Source: Escherichia coli
GTDB taxonomy: Bacteria > Pseudomonadota > Gammaproteobacteria > Enterobacterales > Enterobacteriaceae
DNA: 64,000 nucleotides
Strand: one strand, 5' to 3'
NCBI RefSeq assembly: GCF_030384885.1
Contig: NZ_CP128613.1
A model generated the notes under the pieces. It was not told the DNA's origin. It worked only from the letters and a program-made list of their open reading frames with translations, and searched no databases. The translations under genes and the position numbers were made by a program. Of the stretch, positions 56,010 through 64,000 are shown in pieces (position 1 is the first letter of the stretch; the number at the start of each line of letters is the position of its first letter).

Positions 56010-57653
56010 ATGCGCCAGGTATTATCGTCTCTTTTGGTGATTGCTGGACTTGTGAGTGGTCAGGCAATCGCCGCGCCTGAATCCCCCCCGCATGCTGATA
56101 TCCGCGACAGCGGTTTTGTCTATTGCGTCAGCGGGCAAGTCAACACCTTTAACCCATCCAAAGCGAGCAGTGGGTTAATTGTCGATACCCTTGCCGCCCA
56201 GTTTTATGATCGACTGCTGGATGTCGATCCCTATACCTATCGCCTGATGCCGGAACTTGCCGAAAGCTGGGAAGTGCTCGACAACGGCGCGACCTATCGC
56301 TTCCACCTGCGTCGCGATGTTCCGTTTCAAAAAACCGACTGGTTTACTCCCACTCGTAAAATGAATGCCGACGATGTGGTGTTTACCTTCCAGCGAATTT
56401 TTGACCGTAACAACCCGTGGCATAACGTCAACGGCAGCAACTTTCCCTACTTCGACAGCCTGCAATTTGCCGATAACGTTAAAAGCGTTCGCAAACTGGA
56501 TAATCATACCGTTGAGTTCCGACTCGCCCAGCCGGATGCTTCTTTTTTGTGGCACCTGGCGACCCATTATGCATCGGTCATGTCGGCAGAATATGCCGGG
56601 AAGTTAGAGAAAGAAGATCGCCAGGAGCAACTCGACCGTCAACCGGTTGGCACTGGACCGTATCAGTTATCGGAATACCGCGCCGGGCAATTTATTCGCC
56701 TACAACGTCATGATGACTTCTGGCGCGGCAAACCGTTAATGCCGCAGGTGGTGGTGGATTTAGGCTCCGGCGGTACCGGACGTCTGTCGAAACTCCTGAC
56801 CGGGGAGTGCGACGTTCTGGCCTGGCCTGCTGCCAGTCAGCTATCCATTTTGCGTGACGACCCACGCTTGCGTTTAACGCTGCGCCCGGGGATGAATGTC
56901 GCCTATCTGGCATTTAACACTGCTAAACCGCCGCTAAATAATCCCGCTGTCCGCCATGCGCTGGCACTGGCGATCAATAACCAGCGTCTGATGCAATCCA
57001 TCTATTATGGTACGGCTGAAACGGCAGCCTCTATTTTACCGCGTGCCTCGTGGGCCTATGACAACGAGGCTAAAATTACTGAATACAACCCGGCGAAATC
57101 GCGCGAACAGTTGAAGGCGTTAGGGCTGGAAAACTTAACGCTGAAACTGTGGGTGCCCACACGTTCGCAGGCGTGGAACCCCAGTCCACTGAAAACCGCC
57201 GAACTGATTCAGGCGGATATGGCGCAGGTTGGCGTAAAAGTGGTGATTGTGCCGGTAGAAGGTCGTTTTCAGGAGGCGCGGTTGATGGATATGAGCCATG
57301 ATCTGACATTATCCGGTTGGGCGACAGACAGTAACGATCCGGACAGTTTCTTTCGTCCGCTACTGAGCTGCGCAGCAATACATTCCCAGACCAACCTCGC
57401 CCACTGGTGCGATCCGAAATTCGACAGCGTGTTGCGTAAGGCGCTCTCCTCGCAACAGCTGGCGGCGCGTATTGAAGCCTATGACGAAGCGCAAAGTATT
57501 CTGGCGCAGGAATTGCCCATTTTGCCGCTGGCGTCGTCATTGCGCTTGCAAGCCTACCGTTACGATATCAAAGGGCTGGTTCTTAGCCCGTTTGGTAACG
57601 CCTCCTTTGCTGGTGTGTATCGCGAGAAACAGGATGAGGTGAAAAAACCATGA
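56010..57653 (+). CDS. sapA: periplasmic binding protein SapA (peptide/putrescine ABC system)
   Basis: 547 aa; signal peptide and family 5 solute-binding protein. Confidence 0.92.
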   Translation: MRQVLSSLLVIAGLVSGQAIAAPESPPHADIRDSGFVYCVSGQVNTFNPSKASSGLIVDTLAAQFYDRLLDVDPYTYRLMPELAESWEVLDNGATYRFHLRRDVPFQKTDWFTPTRKMNADDVVFTFQRIFDRNNPWHNVNGSNFPYFDSLQFADNVKSVRKLDNHTVEFRLAQPDASFLWHLATHYASVMSAEYAGKLEKEDRQEQLDRQPVGTGPYQLSEYRAGQFIRLQRHDDFWRGKPLMPQVVVDLGSGGTGRLSKLLTGECDVLAWPAASQLSILRDDPRLRLTLRPGMNVAYLAFNTAKPPLNNPAVRHALALAINNQRLMQSIYYGTAETAASILPRASWAYDNEAKITEYNPAKSREQLKALGLENLTLKLWVPTRSQAWNPSPLKTAELIQADMAQVGVKVVIVPVEGRFQEARLMDMSHDLTLSGWATDSNDPDSFFRPLLSCAAIHSQTNLAHWCDPKFDSVLRKALSSQQLAARIEAYDEAQSILAQELPILPLASSLRLQAYRYDIKGLVLSPFGNASFAGVYREKQDEVKKP

Positions 57654-58615
57654 TTATCTTCACCTTACGCCGCATTTTGTTATTGATTGTCACCTTGTTC
57701 CTGCTGACGTTCGTTGGCTTTAGCTTGAGCTATTTCACCCCACATGCGCCGTTACAAGGCGCGTCACTGTGGAATGCCTGGGTGTTCTGGTTTAATGGTC
57801 TGATCCACTGGGATTTTGGTGTTTCCAGCATTAACGGTCAACCGATTGCCGAACAGTTAAAAGAGGTCTTCCCGGCGACGATGGAACTGTGCATCCTCGC
57901 CTTCGGTTTTGCGCTGATTGTTGGCATCCCCGTAGGGATGATTGCCGGGATTACGCGCCATAAGTGGCAGGATAACTTGATCAACGCCATCGCCTTACTG
58001 GGCTTTTCCATCCCGGTGTTCTGGCTGGCGCTTCTGTTGACGCTATTTTGTTCACTCACGCTAGGTTGGTTGCCCGTTTCAGGGCGTTTCGATCTGCTCT
58101 ACGAAGTGAAACCGATTACCGGTTTTGCGTTGATTGATGCCTGGCTTTCGGACTCACCATGGCGGGATGAAATGGTCATGAGCGCAATCCGCCATATGAT
58201 ATTGCCCGTGATCACCCTGTCGGTTGCGCCAACAACTGAAGTGATCCGACTGATGCGTATCAGCACAATCGAAGTGTATGACCAGAACTATGTTAAAGCG
58301 GCGGCGACCCGCGGTTTGTCGCGCTTTACTATTTTGCGTCGCCATGTTCTGCATAACGCGTTACCTCCGGTTATTCCTCGCCTGGGCTTACAGTTTTCTA
58401 CCATGCTGACGCTGGCGATGATCACCGAAATGGTTTTTAGCTGGCCGGGTTTAGGGCGCTGGTTAATTAACGCCATCCGCCAGCAAGATTACGCGGCCAT
58501 TTCCGCCGGAGTGATGGTGTGTGGCTCACTGGTCATTATTGTTAACGTGATTTCTGATATTTTGGGTGCCATGGCTAACCCTCTGAAACATAAGGAATGG
58601 TATGCCTTACGATAG
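57650..58615 (+). CDS. sapB: ABC permease SapB
   Basis: 321 aa; start overlaps the sapA stop. Confidence 0.92.
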   Translation: MIIFTLRRILLLIVTLFLLTFVGFSLSYFTPHAPLQGASLWNAWVFWFNGLIHWDFGVSSINGQPIAEQLKEVFPATMELCILAFGFALIVGIPVGMIAGITRHKWQDNLINAIALLGFSIPVFWLALLLTLFCSLTLGWLPVSGRFDLLYEVKPITGFALIDAWLSDSPWRDEMVMSAIRHMILPVITLSVAPTTEVIRLMRISTIEVYDQNYVKAAATRGLSRFTILRRHVLHNALPPVIPRLGLQFSTMLTLAMITEMVFSWPGLGRWLINAIRQQDYAAISAGVMVCGSLVIIVNVISDILGAMANPLKHKEWYALR

Positions 58616-59492
58616 CGTATACAGCGAAAAGCGCCCGCCGGGCACGCTGCGTACCGCCTGGCGCAAATTTTATAGTGATGCCTCTGCGATGGTCGGTCTG
58701 TACGGCTGCGCGGGACTGGCTGTACTGTGTATTTTTGGTGGCTGGTTTGCGCCTTACGGAATCGATCAGCAATTTCTCGGCTATCAATTATTGCCGCCGT
58801 CATGGTCACGCTATGGCGAAGTTTCTTTCTTCCTGGGGACTGACGACCTCGGACGCGATGTTTTAAGTCGTTTACTGAGTGGAGCTGCACCAACCGTGGG
58901 GGGGGCATTTGTGGTGACGCTTGCAGCGACAATCTGTGGCCTGGTACTTGGCACCTTTGCCGGGTCGACGCACGGTCTACGCTCAGCAGTACTAAACCAT
59001 ATTCTGGATACCTTACTAGCGATCCCTTCTCTGCTGCTGGCAATTATCGTTGTAGCGTTTGCCGGACCGAGTTTGTCGCACGCCATGTTTGCTGTCTGGC
59101 TGGCGCTGCTGCCGCGTATGGTACGTTCAATTTACAGCATGGTGCATGATGAACTGGAAAAAGAGTATGTTATCGCCGCCCGTCTGGATGGCGCATCAAC
59201 GCTGAATATTCTCTGGTTTGCGGTGATGCCTAACATCACCGCCGGGCTGGTCACCGAAATCACCCGCGCACTGTCGATGGCAATTCTTGACATCGCCGCG
59301 CTGGGCTTTCTCGATCTCGGCGCACAACTCCCCTCGCCTGAATGGGGAGCGATGCTCGGTGATGCGCTGGAACTGATTTATGTCGCCCCGTGGACTGTCA
59401 TGCTGCCAGGTGCGGCAATTATGATTAGCGTGCTGTTGGTTAACCTCCTTGGCGACGGTGTTCGTCGTGCAATTATTGCGGGGGTGGAATAA
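58602..59492 (+). CDS. sapC: ABC permease SapC
   Basis: 296 aa; overlaps sapB by 14 bp. Confidence 0.92.
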
Positions 59493-60484
59493 TGCCATTA
59501 CTCGATATTCGTAACCTGACCATTGAATTTAAAACCGGTGATGAGTGGGTTAAAGCCGTCGACCGCGTAAGTATGACCTTAACCGAAGGTGAAATCCGCG
59601 GTCTTGTTGGCGAATCCGGTTCCGGCAAAAGTTTGATTGCAAAAGCAATTTGTGGGGTGAATAAAGATAACTGGCGTGTTACTGCTGACCGTATGCGTTT
59701 TGATGATATCGATTTGCTGCGTCTCTCCGCACGCGAACGGCGCAAGCTGGTTGGTCACAACGTGTCGATGATTTTCCAAGAACCGCAGTCTTGTCTTGAC
59801 CCTTCAGAACGTGTGGGTCGCCAGTTGATGCAAAACATCCCAGCCTGGACCTATAAAGGCCGTTGGTGGCAGCGTTTTGGCTGGCGCAAACGCCGTGCCA
59901 TTGAACTTCTGCACCGTGTGGGGATTAAAGATCACAAAGATGCAATGCGCAGTTTTCCCTATGAGTTGACCGAAGGTGAATGTCAGAAAGTGATGATAGC
60001 CATTGCACTGGCGAATCAACCGCGTCTGCTGATTGCTGACGAACCGACAAACTCAATGGAGCCAACAACCCAGGCGCAAATCTTTCGCCTGCTGACGCGT
60101 CTCAACCAAAACAGCAATACCACTATTTTGCTTATCAGCCATGACTTACAAATGCTTAGCCAATGGGCGGATAAAATTAACGTGCTTTACTGCGGTCAAA
60201 CGGTGGAAACCGCGCCGAGTAAGGAGTTGGTGACAATGCCACATCATCCCTATACCCAGGCGCTGATCCGCGCGATACCAGACTTCGGCAGCGCGATGCC
60301 GCATAAAAGTCGCCTCAATACGCTGCCCGGCGCTATCCCACTGCTGGAACAGTTACCGATTGGGTGTCGTCTGGGGCCGCGTTGCCCGTATGCACAACGA
60401 GAATGCATTGTGACGCCACGTTTGACGGGGGCGAAAAATCATCTCTATGCCTGTCATTTCCCGCTGAACATGGAGAAAGAGTGA
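59492..60484 (+). CDS. sapD: ABC ATP-binding protein SapD
   Basis: 330 aa; Walker A GESGSGKS. Confidence 0.92.
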
Positions 60485-60485
60485 G

Positions 60486-61292
60486 ATGATCGAAACGCTG
60501 CTTGAAGTGCGTAATTTAAGTAAAACGTTCCGCTACCGGACCGGCTGGTTTCGTCGTCAGACCGTAGAAGCGGTAAAACCCTTGAGCTTTACGCTACGTG
60601 AAGGCCAGACACTGGCGATCATTGGCGAGAATGGTTCTGGTAAATCCACGCTGGCGAAAATGCTGGCGGGAATGATAGAACCGACCAGCGGCGAGTTATT
60701 GATTGACGATCATCCGCTGCATTTTGGCGATTATTCCTTCCGTAGTCAGCGTATTCGCATGATTTTTCAGGATCCTTCGACCTCGTTGAATCCCCGTCAA
60801 CGTATCTCGCAGATTCTTGATTTTCCACTGCGCTTGAACACCGATCTGGAACCTGAACAGCGTCGGAAACAGATTATTGAAACAATGCGGATGGTTGGGC
60901 TGCTACCGGATCACGTCAGTTACTATCCGCATATGTTGGCACCCGGGCAAAAACAGCGTCTGGGGCTGGCGCGCGCGCTGATATTGCGTCCAAAAGTGAT
61001 TATTGCCGATGAAGCCCTCGCCTCACTGGATATGTCGATGCGTTCGCAGTTGATTAATCTGATGCTGGAGTTACAGGAAAAACAGGGCATTTCGTATATT
61101 TATGTCACCCAGCATATTGGGATGATGAAGCACATTAGCGACCAGGTACTGGTGATGCATCAGGGCGAGGTTGTCGAGCGAGGTAGTACTGCGGATGTGC
61201 TCGCCTCTCCGCTGCACGACCTCACTAAACGACTGATTGCCGGTCATTTTGGCGAGGCATTGACGGCGGATGCGTGGCGTAAGGACCGTTAA
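60486..61292 (+). CDS. sapF: ABC ATP-binding protein SapF
   Basis: 268 aa; Walker A GENGSGKST. Confidence 0.92.
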   Translation: MIETLLEVRNLSKTFRYRTGWFRRQTVEAVKPLSFTLREGQTLAIIGENGSGKSTLAKMLAGMIEPTSGELLIDDHPLHFGDYSFRSQRIRMIFQDPSTSLNPRQRISQILDFPLRLNTDLEPEQRRKQIIETMRMVGLLPDHVSYYPHMLAPGQKQRLGLARALILRPKVIIADEALASLDMSMRSQLINLMLELQEKQGISYIYVTQHIGMMKHISDQVLVMHQGEVVERGSTADVLASPLHDLTKRLIAGHFGEALTADAWRKDR

Positions 61293-61362
61293 TTTTCTGA
61301 ATCAAGCTTGCAGAATATTCACCTCATTCTGACAGGGAAATTCATCCTGTCAGAATGAAGGG

Positions 61363-61809
61363 ATGGATAAAATAAAAGCAAATGCCCGCGATTTAAGACG
61401 CAACCTCACCCCGCAGGAGCGAAAGTTCTGGCGATATCTTCGCAGCCGACGTTTTGCTGATTTCAAATTTCGCCGTCAACATCCGGTGGGGAATTACATT
61501 CTCGATTTTGCCTGTTGCTCTGCACGTTTAGCGGTAGAGCTTGATGGTGGGCAACATGATTCAGCTATCGCGTATGATACCAGGCGCACGCGCTGGCTTG
61601 AGTCCCAGGGCTGGACCGTGCTGCGTTTCTGGAATAACGAGATCGATCATAATGAAGAGGCGGTTCTGGGGGAGATTCTGCAGGAACTGAACCGCCGGTC
61701 ACCCTCACCCCAACCCTCTCCCCAGAGGGGCGAGGGGGCTGTATGTGCCTGTTTGTTGCTGCGCAGGCAAATGAACAAGCGGTGCCGGGGATCATTCTGC
61801 AGGAACTGA
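61363..61809 (+). CDS. ycjD: DUF559 (endonuclease-like) protein YcjD; C-terminal end uncertain because the ORF runs into a repeat
   Basis: N-terminal ~110 aa read as the conserved protein; the last ~35 codons (PSPQPSPQRGEGAVCAC...) are encoded by the repeat at 61671..61930. Confidence 0.7.
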   Translation: MDKIKANARDLRRNLTPQERKFWRYLRSRRFADFKFRRQHPVGNYILDFACCSARLAVELDGGQHDSAIAYDTRRTRWLESQGWTVLRFWNNEIDHNEEAVLGEILQELNRRSPSPQPSPQRGEGAVCACLLLRRQMNKRCRGSFCRN

Positions 61810-61930
61810 GCCGCCTGTTACCCTCTCCCTGAAAGGGCATGGGGGCTGTATGTGCCTGTTTGTTGCTGGGGTGACAACGCGCACAATCGGTCCCCTCGCC
61901 CCTCTGGGGAGAGGGTTAGGGTGAGGGGAA
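61671..61930. repeat. composite repeat: ~37-bp inverted repeats flanking a tandem direct duplication (MITE-like)
   Basis: ccctcaccccaaccctctccccagaggggcgaggggg (61701..61737) pairs with its near-perfect reverse complement cccctcgcccctctggggagagggttagggtgagggg (61892..61928); between them attctgcaggaactga(a/g)ccgcc and gggggctgtatgtgcctgtttgttgctg each occur twice. Confidence 0.7.
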
Positions 61931-62080
61931 AAGCGCACACCCGTGCCCACATTCCTGCCAACTATAGCCACCCACAGCCAGGTTGATTATAATAACCGTT
62001 TATCTGTTCGTACTGTTTACTAAAACGACGAATCGCCTGATTTTCAGGCACAACAAGCATCAACAATAAGGATTAAAGCT

Positions 62081-62869
62081 ATGGGTTTTCTTTCCGGTAA
62101 GCGCATTCTGGTAACCGGTGTTGCCAGCAAACTGTCCATCGCCTACGGTATCGCTCAGGCGATGCACCGCGAAGGAGCTGAACTGGCATTCACCTACCAG
62201 AACGACAAACTGAAAGGCCGCGTAGAAGAATTTGCCGCTCAATTGGGTTCTGACATCGTTCTGCAGTGCGATGTTGCCGAAGATGCCAGCATCGACACCA
62301 TGTTCGCTGAACTGGGGAAAGTTTGGCCGAAATTTGACGGTTTCGTACACTCTATTGGTTTTGCACCTGGCGATCAGCTGGATGGTGACTATGTTAACGC
62401 CGTTACTCGTGAAGGCTTCAAAATTGCCCACGACATCAGCTCCTACAGCTTCGTTGCAATGGCAAAAGCTTGCCGCTCCATGCTGAATCCGGGCTCTGCC
62501 CTGCTGACCCTTTCCTACCTTGGCGCTGAGCGCGCTATCCCGAACTACAACGTTATGGGTCTGGCAAAAGCGTCTCTGGAAGCGAACGTGCGCTATATGG
62601 CGAACGCGATGGGTCCGGAAGGTGTGCGTGTTAACGCCATCTCTGCTGGTCCGATCCGTACTCTGGCGGCTTCCGGTATCAAAGACTTCCGCAAAATGCT
62701 GGCTCATTGCGAAGCCGTTACCCCGATTCGTCGCACCGTTACCATCGAAGACGTCGGTAACTCCGCAGCGTTCCTGTGCTCCGATCTCTCTGCCGGTATC
62801 TCCGGTGAAGTGGTCCACGTTGACGGCGGTTTCAGCATCGCTGCAATGAACGAACTCGAACTGAAATAA
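62081..62869 (+). CDS. fabI: enoyl-[acyl-carrier-protein] reductase (NADH) FabI
   Basis: 262 aa starting [40 protein letters not shown]; SDR fold. Confidence 0.96.
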
Positions 62870-62887
62870 TCGTTCTGTTGGTCAAGA

Positions 62888-62915
62888 TGGGCGGCGTTCT
62901 GCCGCCCGTTATCTC
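62888..62915 (+). terminator. probable terminator downstream of fabI
   Basis: Hairpin gggcggcgttctgccgccc followed by a T-containing tract. Confidence 0.55.
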
Positions 62916-63012
62916 TGTTATACCTTTCTGATATTTGTTATCGCCGATCCGTCTTTCTCCCCTTCCCGCCTTGCGTCAGGATAACGATTTCCTTTACGAC
63001 CAAGGAGCGCCC

Positions 63013-64000
63013 ATGGAACAACGCCACATCACCGGCAAAAGCCACTGGTATCATGAAACGCAATCCAGTACTGCGGAGAATGACGTTCTGCCTCTGGTCC
63101 CGGAAGCCGCAAAGGTTCGCGATCCCTTTCTGCTCGACGTGATCCTTGATGAAGAAACGCTGGCCCCCTTCCTTTCATGGATGGTCCCGGCGCGCATTCT
63201 TGCAGCGGAGTTGTTCCCTGACCAGCTTACTGTGACCCGTTCACAGACCTTCACCGCTTATGAACGTTTGTCGACGGCCCTGACGGTTGCTCAGGTTTGC
63301 GGCGTCCAGCGGTTGTGCAACTACTATTCGGCGCGACTTACACCGCTCCCCGGACCTGATTCCTCCAGGGAAAGCAATCATCGACTGGCACAAATCACGC
63401 AATATGCCCGTCAACTGGCCAGCTCGCCTTCAATAATCGACAACCGATCGCGCCAGCATCTGAATGACGTCGGTCTTACTGCCTGGGACTGTGTGATTAT
63501 CAACCAAATCGTTGGTTTTATTGGCTTTCAGGCGCGGGCAATGGCGACATTTCAGGCTTATCTCGGGCATCCGGTACGCTGGTTACCCGGTCTGGAGATA
63601 CAAAAGTACGCCGACACGTCACTGTTTACGGTTGAATCAATACGCTGGCGAAGCTGCTATGAGGTGGAAAAACTCCCTGAAGAACAGACAAAAAGTTCAA
63701 CTGCAGAACTGTGCCAACTGGCTGAAACGCTCTCTCTCCACCCTAATTCACTTTCCCTTCTCGAAAAGTTGTTAAACAGCACACGGGTCAATACACAGCC
63801 GGATAATAAGCTTGCGGCGTTGTTATGCGCGCGTATTAATGGCAGTCCTGCTTGTTTTGCCGCCTGTATAAATTCATCAAATGAATATAAAAAAATCAGC
63901 CCCCTTCTCCGTAAGGGCGAAAATGAAATTAACCAATGGGCTGACCGTGATTCTGTTGAGCGCGCTACCGTTCAGGCGATACAATGGCTGACCCGAGCAC
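63013..64000 (+). CDS. yciW: CMD-family (carboxymuconolactone decarboxylase-like) protein YciW, 5' portion; 3' end outside the window
   Basis: Open frame from the ATG at 63013 ([17 protein letters not shown]...) to the window edge with no stop; absent from the ORF table only because no stop codon falls inside the window. Confidence 0.8.
   Translation, partial: MEQRHITGKSHWYHETQSSTAENDVLPLVPEAAKVRDPFLLDVILDEETLAPFLSWMVPARILAAELFPDQLTVTRSQTFTAYERLSTALTVAQVCGVQRLCNYYSARLTPLPGPDSSRESNHRLAQITQYARQLASSPSIIDNRSRQHLNDVGLTAWDCVIINQIVGFIGFQARAMATFQAYLGHPVRWLPGLEIQKYADTSLFTVESIRWRSCYEVEKLPEEQTKSSTAELCQLAETLSLHPNSLSLLEKLLNSTRVNTQPDNKLAALLCARINGSPACFAACINSSNEYKKISPLLRKGENEINQWADRDSVERATVQAIQWLTRA

Overview
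The window reads as a contiguous stretch of Escherichia coli-type core chromosome (roughly the ydbK to fabI interval of K-12, in reverse orientation to K-12 numbering). Gene calls rest on reading the supplied ORF translations against protein families and gene order recalled from memory; no database search was run. About 60 genes are densely packed with short intergenic gaps: ydbK (3' end), micC, ompN, uspF, ttcA, dbpA, fnrS, zntB, dgcM, smrA, mcaS, abgR-abgABT, ogt, fnr, uspE, ynaJ, ynaI, mppA, mpaA, ycjG, tpx, one unrecognised ORF, tyrR, ycjF, ycjX, ycjW, ompG, ycjVUTSRQPONM, pspEDCBA, pspF, puuEBCRD, puuAP, ymjA, sapABCDF, ycjD, fabI and yciW (5' end). No rRNA, tRNA, CRISPR array, IS element or prophage was seen. 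The one clear candidate for something undescribed is a single ~2.0 kb ORF (22917..24959) wedged between the convergent tpx and tyrR genes; it matches no family I recognise, so this is one accessory gene rather than a multi-gene system. Other points worth a second look are a MITE-like composite repeat between ycjD and fabI, a frameshifted ycjO, an apparently absent ycjY-pgrR segment next to mppA, and an unoccupied Rac prophage site at the ttcA 5' end.
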